From Marsupella aquatica (taxonomy: Eukaryota > Plantae > Marchantiophyta): a stretch of DNA of 64,000 bases. Shown piece after piece: positions 13,746 to 27,591 of the stretch. Every line of letters begins with the position of its first letter. The first letter of the stretch is position 1. The translations under genes and the position numbers were made by a program. The stretch spans positions 27,614,307 through 27,678,306 of the forward strand of contig OZ316892.1 of the NCBI GenBank assembly GCA_973895155.1, given 5' to 3'. The notes beneath the pieces were generated by a model that was not told where the DNA came from, searched no databases, and was given only the letters and a program-made list of their open reading frames with translations.

Positions 13746-15139
13746 AAAGCTATGTAATGGAGTTTAGGGTTTAGGGTATAGATTACAAACATAGGAGGTA
13801 ACTCCCAAAATGGTTAGACAAACTAACTACATTTATTATAAGAATTAGCCCCAACTAGCTGTTCTTTGAACATGAATAATGGGGATGACAATTAAAATGT
13901 CACCAAAATATATTATTGACATTCTTTGAAGATTAATATAAAAAATGTCAAGCAGCATGTAACCATTTTAATAATCCTAAACTATAATACACAGTTGCGT
14001 CACTTTTTAGAGTGGTCATCATTCAAATTTGCAGGGTACAAAAATTAAAAAATGTGATCAAAGGTGACTAATAAAGCCAAAGTGTGAATTGAGTTTAGTG
14101 TGACAAAAAAAATTTTGTCCAAGACAAGCCAAATAATCACACGAGACACCCAAAAAAAAGTGAAAGACTTTAATTAACACAATGCACGAGAATGAATGCA
14201 CAAGGATCAAGGAGGATACTCCGTCCATGATCCATAAGTATTGTACATACTCACATCCAAGTAAGTACTCTACATATTCAATATTGTATGCAACATAGTT
14301 TTGTATAATAGTGGTAAGAAGAGTTTAATTGCTAATAATATTTTAGTCACTTGATCAATAAAAAATTGTTCTCCCAATATTTGTGGTGATTTTTGGAGTC
14401 ATTTGCACTGTCTTTTTCAATGCCAAAAAGCAAAAGTAATAAGGCCCAAAGACATAGTGAAACGCATGGCATGGGCGTTGATGGCAAGGTGTGGGGCAAG
14501 GGGCACACTGGCAATGTAGGGCAGCCCCTCAAAGGGCTCCAGTCGCACATGGGTGGGGAGGGGGGGGGGAGCGAGTGGAGTGATGATGAAATGGGGAAAA
14601 GGGGGAGGCTAAGGTTTAAAAGGAACATAAGAGAAAAAAGGTTAAAAGGGGGGGGGGGGACACCTTTCATTTTGTTATACTTTCGTGGTTGTCATAGCCA
14701 GTGTTTTGTGCAATGGCGTCTTTTATTCAAATAATTTTTTTGTGCAAGGAGAAAAAAGAAAAAAGAAAATGGAACTTTTGTGGCTGCCATAGCCAATATT
14801 TTGCACAATGATATCTTTCACTCAACAAAAGATTTTGTGCAAATAATACATTTTAACAAAATTATTTTTTATTTAACGATATCTTTTGCACCATGATCTA
14901 TTTCTCAAAAACATCTTTAACCATACAACATCTTTTATGCAATGCACAAGGATTGAAAGGATAGCGATAGAATGATCATCTTTGTTAAACCTAAAACCCT
15001 AAACCTGAAACCGATAATATAACGTTGCGCCAATGTATAGAGTGGTCACCATTCAAATGCAAGGGCATTTTGGGTAAAAAACAAAAAAAAGAAAAATACT
15101 TGCTCCTTCTCTCCTTGACTTTTTATTTCATAACATCTT

Positions 15140-15630
15140 TCACATAATGACAACTTGGGTGAAACTACACCTTTTTTCTTATAATATCTTTTATTTCACG
15201 ATATCTTTGGCAAAATGACACTGACACATCTTTCACATAATGACATCTTTGGCAAAATGATTTCTTTTCTCTTAACAACATCTTTTGTGCACGGGTATTT
15301 TCCCTCAACGATGTCTTGGCTGACATGACATTGTTTCCCTCAATGACGTCTTTGCTGACATGACATCTTTTCCCTCAATGACGTCTTTGCCGACACGACA
15401 TCTTTTTTCTCAACGACATCTTGGCCGACATGACAATTTTTTTCTCAACGACATCTTGGCCGACATGACATCTTTTTCTCAATGACTTATTGGCTGAGAT
15501 GACATATTTTTTTCTCAACGACCTCTTGGCTGACACAGCATCTTTTTTTCTCAACGACTTCTTTTCTCTCAACGACCTCTTGGCCAACACGACATCTTTT
15601 TTTCTAAATGACATCTTGGCCGACATGACT
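15140..15630. repeat. Degenerate minisatellite, unit about 35-37 bp
   Basis: Repeated ttttctcaacgacatcttggccgacatgacatc-type unit. It produces the spurious repetitive ORFs 15375-15755 and 15490-15762. Confidence 0.9.
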
Positions 15631-17366
15631 TCTTTTGTACAACTCACGGGTATTGAGCTAGTAATAATAATAATAATAATATGCAATATATCATACTCTT
15701 TTCTATACACATTACTCTTTCTATGCACATATGTTATGTTGGCCATAAAGCCCATTTTTTAATGTAAATAAAAATCATGACAAAATGCATATATGCTTGT
15801 CACATACATCATGGTCATGAATTTTCCCGAGTCATGGAGTTATGGTCTAGAGACTTCACTCTAGAAACCTAGGCGCCAACTCTAGCTTGTAGTTGGCCAA
15901 GGAAAATTGTAGTCTAAAAAGTTAATATCACAAATTATTGCAAATTATTACAGACTCTAGTAAGATTACAGCCTCTTGGGGATAGGTTACCCGACACGTC
16001 GTCCTTCGCTTGCTCTTGCTGACCGTGGTTACGGTGAGGCTTCGAACTGCACAGTAGGTGAACCAAAGGTACACGACATGGTTCACTGCAGTGGACTGTA
16101 GTTTCATACGGTGTACCTCACATCGTTGGCCGAGCCTACACCGCTCTCCGCTCGTGTGTTTTTCTTTTGCTTACGAGCGCCATTTCGTTCGATTTTGTGC
16201 TCTCCATCGCCATCGCTGGCGACCTCGTGCCTCGAAGAGTTTGCAGCGCTGCATTGGTTCCTCGGGAGCGAGAAATCTTGCCGGAAACCTGGATTTGTAC
16301 CGGTATGAAATCGAATTCTCCTTCCACTGCTGTGTTTTATCATTTTTGCGCCGATTTCTCTTTGCTTCGTTCGCTCGATTGTTTCGATTTTGATGTGTTC
16401 TCGTTGTTTCTGTGTGGAACAATGTCGCCGAAACTGTTGGAACCGTGTTCAGGCTTTTCGTGAACCGTTTTTAAGTTTTTGGATGAACGGTTTGTGATTT
16501 TTGTCCTTGACTTTCTGTTGTGTCTTGCATTGCGGCTGCGTTGCAGTGTTTTCGGTTCTGTTAGACCTCTGTCGTTGTTTTAGTCTGGCCGGCTGATTTG
16601 TTTTTTGTTATGTAAGAATGTACGTATTGGTACTCAATTGATGTTGGTTGAACTTCTCAATGGTTTTGGTCGTCTGTGATTCTCCTGCTTTGTGGCGAGA
16701 AAATGATACTGATGTAGTAGACTTTTCAGGCTTTTAGGTTTATAGTTTTGTTTGTAGTAGAGGAATATTTGGACATGCGGTGTGTTTTTTTAATTCTCGA
16801 TCTGTCGTTACTGCCGAATATTTCCCGTTTCTAAATTACGTTATAGGTGTCTCTCGTCGTCTGTCTGTTTCTTAGGGTGGCTCCGACTAGTTTGTAGGCT
16901 TATATGTCACAGTTAATTGCATTCTCTTTCTGAGGAGCGTTTGTATCTTTTGGTTAATAAGGCCTTACGTCAAGAGAGATGGGAGCGTAGTCATGTTTGC
17001 TGTTAGTGTGGTGCTCACACTCCACCGTATCGGTCTGAAAACAGTCAGAAAACTTTGGTGAGCGACTCCAATTCTAACCAAAGAAATCGAGGACGATAGA
17101 TTGATATAGTTCATCTTCTGTACTATCTTGTCTATTCAAGTGAGCACTGCGGAGAGTGCTGACCTATGGCAGTCTGCATTGAATTATTTCTCCCTGGCAT
17201 GAGAATTTTCCATTTTGTCGATTGTTGCAGCAATGTACAAGTTCTTTTCCTCTTTGCAGCCGAAAATTGCTATGCTAGAATATGCATTAAAGTGTATCTC
17301 TCGCCTTCTCCTATGTGACGTCATAATGGTCATGTGGCGTCTATGTCAGGTGCCTGTGCTGTCGTT

Positions 17367-20300
17367 ATGGCTACCGAGACCGCAGAGCCACCCCCTGGTT
17401 TCCTCTACGAAACTCTGGCACCTTTGGAGGAGGATTCTTTGCAGGATGAATATATTGCACTCTCACCTTCTTCCTCTGGATATACGCTCCCGGAGGCACG
17501 GCGACAGACAACCAGTCAAACTGTGACTGTGGAAGTGTCCACTTCGACTGTGACGACCACAACTCTTCACGCGAGTTTAACGTCGTCCGCTGTAGAAAGT
17601 ATTGGAGGCGGAGTGACAGACATATCCCCGGATAGGGTTGGGGCAACTTCCGCCTCCCCGACAGAGGAATCTCAACTCAGAGATGGGAATGGTTCGAGTG
17701 ACCAAGAGATGGTTTCTGAGAGAGTGATTGAGACTATACAGGTTGAGGCTATACAGGTTGAGGCAACTAGCGCTCCTCTGGTGAGTAGCAGAGAGGAAGA
17801 TATGGATTTCCTTTCCCTGGATGTGGACGACTTTGGGAACGGGAGTTTGGCACCGGATCGAGTTATGGCAGAGGAGGCGAAGGAGATGTTGGCAGATATT
17901 AAAATCAGTGCTGCACAAGAAGCTCCACCATGGGCTCGGACGAGAAATTCTCGCGGCACCTGGTTCAGGAGTCCCTTCTTGCAGCTTCATCAAGGTTCTC
18001 CCCTTTCTTCAAGGATACCACTTACCTCATTCTGATCTTTGAGTCCAAGGGTCAAGGTGGTGAGTATCCTGGCTCGTGCTCTGGATGTGTAATATGTGAG
18101 AGTGCTTGTTAGAGCTTTTGCGGTCCGTGCGCAGAGTACAGACGAAGTCTTCTTGTCATGTGGTACGTCCAGCTCTGCTGCTTGTGTATCGTTCTTATTC
18201 TGAGGCCTCCTTTGCTGATACTTTTCTTGAATTCTGAGATTGCAGTGCACATTTGTCTTAGCTAATCTGAGGTACCCATTGCCAAATGCAGAGATTGTGG
18301 ACTTTTGCAACTTTGTCTCTCCCACTGAAGAAGAGAAAGAGTTGCGTAATGCTGCAGTGCAGCGTGTCAGTGATGTCATCACTTCAATTTGGTCTTCATG
18401 CCAGGTATGAATGGTTCATTGACTATTTACATGTAGTGAAGCCTGCAAACTTTTAGCTCCAAGGACCGTACCGGTGAGCCGTTGAGTTGATTCTGCCCTC
18501 ATACGAAGTCTGCCTTTGAGCCTGATATTCTTTATGCTCCGTTTTGACCTATGCTTATCTGATGATTACAGGTGAAGGTGTTCGGTTCTTTCGCAACTGG
18601 ACTCTTCTTGCCAACTAGTGACTGTGATGTAATTCTCTCCACCTTATCAATTATGTATATCTTCTGTGTCTGGAAAAGGTGCTCTATTCTGTCTTGGATG
18701 GTACGTGCATGCCAAGCTTAGTCTATTATTCCTTGATTACTCGTATGCACCTAATGTGCTTCAAAGTCAACAGCATGATGTTTAGGGAAGGGTCCTTGTG
18801 TGCTGATTAATGCTTGTAACTTACTCAGGTGGTGATTTTAGGGTCCGGCTGCCTTGTACCACAGGACGGCCTAAAAGCTATTGCGAAGGCTCTGACTCGA
18901 AAACATTTGGTGAAGAATCTTCAGGTCAGATAGAAAGTCTTTTGTTTACCAACACTTACAGTAGTTGTCTTAAAGTGGACGGGTTTCACTAATTATGAAA
19001 TTATTAATTTTGTTTTAGTAACGTGCTTCTCTTCCAAATTTAAGTGGCTGGCAGGGCCGTCCAGGTATGTTTAGGCGGCTCTAAATTTTCGGGAAGGCGT
19101 TTATTTCCGTCCACCAACAGTTTATTGTGACCTGTCGCTCAGGTCATTGGAAAAGCGAGGGTACCAATTGTAAAGTTTGTTGAAACCGAGAGCAGCATCG
19201 CATTTGACATCAGGTACGTTTGTGGCTTGGATAACTTCAAGGGTTAGTTTGATTGAATGTTGGATTGAATGTGTCTGCCAAGTTCCCACCACAATTGCTT
19301 CTACCCTCGGATTCCGTTCTTGGTCATGTTGGGTTGTTACAATCGACAGTTAGTTCTGGGATTTCATATACAACATCAGATGATGTGCTAACGGTGGCGT
19401 GTTTGGTCCTTGATCACAGCTTTGATGTGGCAAACGGACCTGATGCTGCAGCATTCATTAAGGTAAGCCCCAAACGTTTGTTTTTGTTCGCTTTAGCCCA
19501 AACAGTCTCGAGTGAAGCCGTCTTATGTCTGGATCCTGCAAAGTTGGTCCATAATATTGGACTGCCATGTGACATTACTTTTGCATGACTCATTGCAGGA
19601 TGCAATGGCTGCTCTCCCACCTCTGAAACCTCTGTGTTTGGTGCTCAAAATCTTCTTGCAACAGCGTGAACTCAACGAGGTACTTACTATTTTGCTCGTA
19701 GAACGTCTCTGGTAAACAAATGGAGCGCCTCTTCAGTATCTGTATCCCTGATTGCGCTAGAGAAATCTATCGCTATGATTATGGTCGTAGATCCTCTCCC
19801 CAGACATGAATCAATGAACTTACATTCTGACCTAGAAAAGGCCTGTGGTTGGTATTGGCAGGTATACACTGGTGGAATTGGATCCTACGCTTTGCTAGTT
19901 ATGCTCCTGACCCATCTTCAGGTATGTTTTCTTGGTTTCTCAAAATTCTATTGCTTGTTTTTCCTTAGTCATAAGATCTGGGCCTGTTCGTCATTCCTGC
20001 ATTTTGCCTCGGTTGTCCAGATTGGTATGTTGCTTAAATCATCGTTAGTTATTGGAAGTAGAAGTTTGTCTGATGTGAACCTTATTATTGGTTGTAGATG
20101 CATCCAAGTCGGAGGGATGTTAACAACAGGGGTGAACCAAGTCCACTTGAAAGCAATTTAGGAATACTTTTGGTAAGGAATATCCAATGCCTCAAAAATA
20201 ACGGGTGCATTTTGGTAGGGTTGACGACTGTCCTGTGCTAATACTTGAACCTGGAGTTATGTTACATATTAATTATCATTTGGGCACTCAGTTTTAAGTC

Positions 20301-22669
20301 GGCAAAATTGAATTTCAACCAACCCAAATCAATGCTTCCAAGAATTACTAAGAAAATGTCAGCTAAGGTAGATAGCGAACTACTTGGGTGGATATTCAGT
20401 TTGTAGTTGTAGATTGTTTTGTGACCTGTAAATTTGAGATAGGTACTACGTTTAATCTGCGGAAGTTGAAAGGGTCCTATTGGCGAGCAATCATTATTAC
20501 AAGGAGCCATGCTTAATTTAAATTCCATTGCCTTTGGGGGGCAACTTCTGAAGCAGTGAATGAACCCGAAAGTCTGATTGTCTAGCATGGGTCCAACTGG
20601 ATGAATGTTGTCTTCCAGGTGGACTTCTTTGATTTTTATGGCCGTGCTCTCAATGTGAGAGAGGTTGGCATATCCTGCAGAAGTGGAGGAAGGTTTTACG
20701 CTAAGGCTTCACGAGGGTATGCTCTTGCTCTTGACTGCTGCAGGCAAACTCTTTTGTCACCAACGTAGATTTTAAAATGTGTAGGATGTATATCGTGTAG
20801 ACCACCATTATAATTCAATAGTCTCTCCTTCACTCTTAAGTGCTTTGACCAGTAATACTACCGCTGAGCGTTACTAGGATCCAGCTAAAGTATTAGACAA
20901 CTTTCGTCGTTACATTGGGTATTTTGATTTCTTTGAGGAGAAGAATGCCCTGAGGAAGCCGGGTTTAGTGTTGGGGAGATCTGCAATATAGGCCCATGGT
21001 CTGAAGTTGTATGTCATTTTGGAGATCACCTGCAATTAATACGGACAAGGAACGTTTAGATGATGACTGTCTGAAACTGAATGAAGCAACATGGTCAATT
21101 TTACAGATTTGTGGATCCCGGCCGGCCCTATCTTCTGTCAGTGGAAGATCCTCAGGTATGTGTGAAGATAGTACTCTACCGATGTGGTTCAAAGGTGAAT
21201 TCTCAGTGATTACAGGGTATCGAGCACACGTTTGCTGTTTCTGCAAAACTCAGATCTGTTCTGCCTTCGCATGAAAAGGTCTTCCTGATAAGTTGGATAT
21301 GCGTGGAAGATGTCTGGTTGTTGAAATGTTACTATTCTACATCTGTTTAGGAGTTGTTGAACTTTTGTGGTTTGTGTATTGAAATGTTATGGCAGTCACC
21401 AGACAATGATATCGGCAAAAATTCATACAATGTCACAAAGGTGAGGTCAAGGGCTCTTCTTTAAGTGCTGCTTCTTGAATTACGCTGAAATCTTACATTG
21501 TTTGAAGAGAAGTGGGGTTTTGTGTTGGACTGAGCATGCCCAAGTGGGTTTGAAATCATAATAACACTGCCTGTCAGAGTTTCTTGTGTATTGAGACCGT
21601 GACGGGTTGATATATGGTTAAGACATGTTCTCCTAATGAGCTAAGCTCGGCTGTTTTCTGTCGTTAGTAACCATGTTTTGTGGTCCGTTGATAGGTCCGC
21701 TCGGCATTTGTACTTGGCCATCGTCTGTTGACAAAGCTGGAAGTTGAGGGTGTGTCAGCAAATGTGGGGTTACTGGGTCGTATTGTTCGCATGGACAAGA
21801 TATTGATGAAACGGAAATCGATAATTCCTGAAGTACCCGCAAGATTGGACTCGAGAATGAAGCTGTCTGATGCTAGCCCCTCCGGCAGCAGTCCAGCTAC
21901 GTTTCGCAATGACCCCGGGACCTTTGGAACAGCACGAATGGGTGGAAGTCGGTGGTGGGACCATGAGGATGATGATTTCCCAAGGGGTGGAGGTCCAGAA
22001 CCAGAATCTACATCCTCCCTTAAAAGGAAGCATGCCAAGGAGAGGGAAGATAGAGATAAAAGGGATGGAGATCCTCACAATTCTCATTCTCATCACAAGC
22101 GCAAAAGGGATGAAAATGAGCACGAGGGTGAATCACTATCTGGAAAGTCTAGAAGGTCGATGCGTGGAAAAGATTCTGTGGACCTTAACTCACCCCATTC
22201 TCCCTTGAATGTATCTCGTTATCATGAGCAACTTGAAGCGGAACAATCTGGCTCTAGTGACATCAGAATAGGTAACGGAAAGGTGTCTAGACGAAAGAAA
22301 TCAGGAATGAAAGGTGTGAATGGTCATGCGGACGGAAAGAGAACTCCGGATGGCAAGAAGAATAGATGGGCAAGACAAAATCGCCACCAGAAGGATGATT
22401 CTCACGAGGAAGGAGAAATCGTGTTGAAAGAGGATCCTGCTACATTTGCCATGGAGAATGATTCACAGAAAGAAGAGGTTGAATTTGGAGCCGGAAACGG
22501 TCACAATAACCACAAGCGATGGTTCAATGAAGGACGGTCACCAAAACCTGTGCTTTCAAGAACGGAACGTAGACCGTGGTCTCCGGAAGGAGAGAATGTG
22601 GGTGCTGGCAGATCTGCAAAGAAGGTTGTCACTACAAAACCTGCTCACAAAAAGATACGGTACCTATAA
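17367..22669 (+). CDS. TRL: TRF4/5-like (PAPD5/7, TENT4) non-canonical poly(A) polymerase, multi-exon
   Basis: Spliced peptides SPFLQLHQEIVDFCNFVSPTEEE, VKVFGSFATGLFLPTSDCD (GS...DxD), GKARVPIVKFVE..FDISFD, LKIFLQQRELNEVYTGGIGSYAL, VDFFDFYG, LSVEDPQSPDNDIGKNSYN. The last exon ends in ORF 21728-22669. A 5'UTR intron is probable at about 16303-17349. Confidence 0.92.
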
Positions 22670-25176
22670 TCCAAGTAGAACTTGCAAAATTTTGCACACT
22701 TCCACGAGCATCCTCATCGAGCTCCAATGAGTACAGAAGGAGAGATGAAGTGCCGGTCTGTCACACACTACCGTGGCCACCCATTTTCTGAACTTTCTTA
22801 AATGAGTCATTTGGTGCCAGCCGTCCTACTCATTACTGCTCTTATCAGGGCTCCGCTGCAGGGAAACTTTTATGTCTATGGCAACCTAGATCCACCTGGC
22901 AGAAATAGTTCAAACTCTTTTTCTCTGTGGAGACCTGGATTTTGAAATCACGGACCTGTTGGCCATTCAGCTCTCGCCAAGACGTTCAAGGCTTGGAGCT
23001 CATACTAGCGAGCGAATACAGAGGTCAGTATACTGCGGCCTAATCCCCTAATCTAGCTTCCTGTACTCAGTCGCACGATGCCACCTTTTGGACCTGTGTA
23101 TTGGAGTTGCGTTTCATGTTTATCCACGAGAAGGATGTTCTATGCAATGTCTCCATCGAAAACTGTTATTTTTGTTTAACAAGAGCAATTATGTCACAGG
23201 GATTTCAGGAATGGCCAGTGAACTCCATCGGTGGTTAGCCTTAAACATGCTTCCACTCACCTGACAGCGGCACACCATGAAGAATGATTGATGCAATGAA
23301 TCGTGCTGTCATTGCTGTTATCCTGCCAAGTTTTGATGTGGCAAGCATGTGGGCCCGATTTGTCTAAACGAGGATTATTAGCAATGTCGTTGAGCTCGTA
23401 ATCAGGTTAGACATAGAACCCCCCAAGGCAGGTCAGATTGACAGGGAGCTGATTGGCAAGGAAGTATGAGTTCTGGTTCATTCATATGAATACTTCTAGG
23501 GATGATATCCTAGAACCCAATGCAACTGACAAGTCTCCTAATTACTCCTCCAACTTTGGTCTCCCTAAGGTTGGGATGGGTAAATAGGATACTCGTCAGT
23601 TTTCCGAATCCAGTGAATGCCAACACTGATGGCTTCTAGACATGTTGGTACAGTTCAACTAAAGCAAGTTACCCCAGGGTGTTGTATATAAAGATGCGAT
23701 TTCATTTGTATTTATTCCTATGCGAGTAATTGTAACTCTTTGTTGATGTCATCGGAAATCTGAAGGATATCTGTTGGAATGGGTTATGGAAGATCAACTT
23801 TTCTGTCATCTAAAATGGATTTGGTTCAGACGAACCAGATTTGTGTATCGCCACTATCCAGATTCCATGAATGCCTATAAAAAGTACTATCATATAATCC
23901 GAGTAGCACTTTTACGCCACATCTGTGAATCAGCACTGTCCGGAGCGCAAGTGCAAAAGTGAGGGAGTGAGTGAGTGAGTGAGTGAGTGATGGGAATCAG
24001 ACTAAAAGCTGACAGTGTTTTTTCAACGGGGCCATGATAAAACTCCTCTGTAAAGTTTCGGTGTCAGCTGCTGTGAAACTCACAGATCAACTCAGATCAG
24101 ATCGATAGTCCCACATTTAAATAAAAACCAACCACAAAACAGTCACTTCAACATAATATGTATGCCATTATTCTGGGCTGAAAAAGTGCACATCAGAAAG
24201 GAAAGTTTGAATGATTTCAGAGTTCAACTGTTTGGTGGTCTAGCTCAGGTCTCATATGTCAGAATAATTTCTGTGCCATCAAATTAAACAAAAAAAGTTA
24301 TGCTATGCATTTCAGTGCCATATAAAAGATCAAATTCAACTCTATGTAACCCTGCCAGGGGATTGGGACTTGGGACCAGCAGTCTCAAGTTCAACTTCTT
24401 TAGATAGAGAAGGCTGGAAAGTCAGTGGGTGTTGGGGGTGGGCTTAGTGCCACAATGTAGTGGAGATGAAAATGTTAGTGCCTTGAAATAAATAAATTAA
24501 ATTATAAGTATGAAGTCTTGTCTAAAGGGGTTGTGAGACCAAAAAAACACGTAACCTACTGCAGATGAAAATTTTAGTGCTATAAAATAAATAAGTTCAA
24601 TTGTATGTACCAAGTCTTGTTTAAAGGGGTTGTCTGCCAAAAAACAAGAGCTTCAACTCCAGTTTTGAAGGGCTATAATTGCCCATAATGGTCCAGTATC
24701 TCCTGACTCCCACCCTAAATTGCACAACCCTCCCCTAAATTTGTTCCCCCTACCCAATCAGTACAATTTACTCTTCTAAAAAACGCCTTGCACTTATCAA
24801 TAAGGTAAAATTCCATGAGATTTTGCACTTACTGATAAGTGAGTGTTCATGTACACTTCTCGTGGTTCTCCACTTATAAAGTTGTCCTCTAGCAAACAAA
24901 AATCAGGCATGTATGCACTTACCAGAGGTGCAAAAAAAGTGGCAAACTCCATGTGAAAAAAACAGGAAATTTGCACTTACTAGAGGTGCAAAACAAAGTG
25001 CAAACTCTATGTGAAAAAAAAACAGGGAATAACGAGACTCCTTGCAGTTATCCAAATTATGCAGTGTGCACTTAGACAGAGGCGACTGTACTTCCTTCTT
25101 CACGAGCTCTCTCTGTTTCTCTGTGGGTCTCGTTTCTTCATGTGGATTCTACAGATCGCTTGATCGATTTCATCGC

Positions 25177-25478
25177 CTCTCGATCAATCTCGAAACCCAA
25201 CTCTACTTTACAATCATCCAATCTCGGTTCATTTTGAGGTGTGCAGAGTGTTCGACACGGGAGTGATTTGAAGCTCGACTACACACAGAGAAGCCAGAGA
25301 AACGGAGGAACGAGTGTATAGATATCATCGACTCTCGATCAATCTCGAAACCCAACTCTACTTACAATCACCCAGTCTCGGTTCATTTTGAGGTGTGCAG
25401 AGTGCTCGACACGGGAGTGATTTGAAGCTCGACAACAAACAGAGAAGCCAGAGGAACGGAGAAACGAGTGTATAGATA
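25177..25478. repeat. About 155-bp tandem duplication ending at a start codon
   Basis: ctctcgatcaatctcgaaacccaactctac...gagtgtatagata starts at 25177 and again at 25332. Confidence 0.93.
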
Positions 25479-26797
25479 ATGGGAGGTTCGAGGCCAGAGG
25501 AGCAGCAGCCCGCTATGAATGAACAACTCTTCCAGTACCTAAATTCTCTGCTGCAGCAGGTGTGTTTTGTTTTATGGCTGCAATTATTACTTCGCCCAGA
25601 TCTGTGATATCAGTTTTCCTTTGTGAGGCTGTACCTCGCTCGGTCGCTCCCTCTCTCCCTCCCTCCCCCGGGTGAAGGTTTTAGCTGGGCGTTTAGGTTT
25701 TAGGCTGAAGGCTTTTCAGGTCTTCAGAAGTATAATAATTTCCCCTTCCAGGCCTGGAGCTCATGATGAAGTCCTCCTGTTTGCCGATGACGCTCGTGTT
25801 AAGAAGTGGAAGGACTATAGTGAAGCTTCCGTTCAACTTACTTTGCGTGCGAATTACAATTCCTAAAGAATTATACAAGTATATTATTTCATGACGATGA
25901 CAGACATTTGCAGGAGGGACGAAATTGTAAGATTGAATGGAAAGCATAACTAGTTGGAATTTAGGGTCGCTGTCTAGGCTGAGAAATTGATAAAAGGGAA
26001 TAACTAGGAAACAGAGGGTGAAACTTTGAACTTGAAGCAGAAGTTGTCCCAATTGACAGAGGTTGGAAATGCAGGCAGAGGCTGCAAGTGGGACTCCAGA
26101 ATTGGAGCTGCGCTCAAAAATCGAGGCATTACGAACTGAGACTCAAAGAGTGCCCTCTCCATCCACAGGCAGCATGAGCGAGGTGTGTTCATAAATTTTT
26201 GGCCCTCCCACAAACCCCGTTGTTTCTCTCCTCTTGAAGTGATGTCTTGACCGAAGTCATACCTCTATTTTTCCTGGGCTTCAGGATTTGGATTCAGCCA
26301 AACAAACTCTGTTGACGTTAGACTGAACAGCCACGTTGTCGATCTTGGTATTATATGCTCATGTACAATATCCTTACCAGCACTAGCTAGTAAGTCCTGT
26401 ATGGTGCTTCATTTTGAAAGGGACACCTGATACAATGCGACTGACTTCTTGTGAAATTTGCGTTTACACTCTGCAATTCGTTTTCCTCCTGGATCCTACT
26501 CTCAAAATAAACGTATAAAAAGTTTCCAAAAGTGTTGATTGACGAGGAGGACATGATATGCAGGAGAACGTTGCCAGCAAACTGGATCAACTGTCAGCAA
26601 AGATGGAGTCAGTGAACAAACTGCTGACTGAGGTTGAGAACGACCCTGAGACTAAAATTTTCTTAGAAAGCAGTTCCAAATTGTGGATGCCCGTAATTAC
26701 AGCTACCGCGGACGAGCGTAGGGCAGCATCGTCTTCCCAACCTTCTACTACTCCCCCCACGAACATGGATGGAACCAATGCCAGTGACAGCCAATGA
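25479..26797 (+). CDS. Small conserved plant coiled-coil protein of unknown function (3 exons)
   Basis: Exons about 25479-25559, 26060-26182 and 26564-26797 splice in frame: MGGSRPEEQ..LFQYLNSLLQQ / ..LELRSKIEALRTETQRVP.. / ..LDQLSAKM..DPE..LWMPVITATADERR. The ELRxKIEAL and WMPVITA motifs recall a conserved plant family. Confidence 0.75.
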
Positions 26798-26887
26798 AAT
26801 GCTGATAAAATGAAAGATGCTGATAAGAAAGCTCGGGTTTTTCTTCACTCCTTACTTTAACTTTCACCTCCTCATTTTCCTAATTGC

Positions 26888-27078
26888 AGGAAATTGGGAT
26901 TCTTTACGCTAATAGCAATGCGAAGGTATGGAGCCTGAGTAGGAAATTGGGATTCTTTAAACCAATAGCAATGCAAAAGGTATGGAGCCTCAGTAGGAGA
27001 TTGGGATTCTTTAAACCAATAGCAATGCGAAAGGTATGGAGCCTCAGGAGGAGATTGGGATTCTTTAAACCGATAGCA
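26888..27078. repeat. About 54-bp tandem repeat, about 3.5 copies, in the presumed 3'UTR
   Basis: aggaaattgggattctttaaaccaatagcaatgcaaaaggtatggagcctcagt repeated. Confidence 0.92.
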
Positions 27079-27591
27079 TGCGGAAGTATGGTGTCTCAGT
27101 CAAAGATACTTACATTCGACTGGACTCTGATTGGCCAATATTCGTCTTTGGCTGGAAAGACTTGGAAAGTAACTTTTCTCGCCATGACTGCTGGGTGACC
27201 TGGTCAGCCACCACTTTGGTGTATGGCCCAGTAGTCCATAAAAAATTGTTAGGTCCTGTGACCTAGGTGGATGATTTGAGAGATCCTTGTAACTCCCAGG
27301 CTTTAGGGGAACGCCACCATGGCCCTTTACGTTCGTCAATTAGAATTGTGACATTCTAGTTCTCGGAATATCAGTTCCTTAACTACTGTGACAAAACTGC
27401 TGGAACCAATAGAGTCGATTCAACGGCGAACTTTGGCTCTGAGAGCTAATCAACAACAGCAGGTGTTCCTATTAGTGAGGTATTTGCATGATTGTTACAT
27501 ATGTACCTTTTCATGTACCAAACATTGCCGAATTATACATTGCCATTGCTTTGAACCCAGGCATGATGATTAGCTAGCTAGTTCTCATTGC

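Noticed and set aside
13763-13776. Interstitial telomere (TTTAGGG x2)
   Set aside because: Only two units; isolated telo-boxes are common in plant genomes.
15375-15762. Repetitive ORFs on both strands
   Set aside because: Translations of the minisatellite.
24108-24126. snRNA upstream element-like gtcccacatt
   Set aside because: Imperfect match, no correctly spaced TATA box, and no recognisable snRNA downstream.
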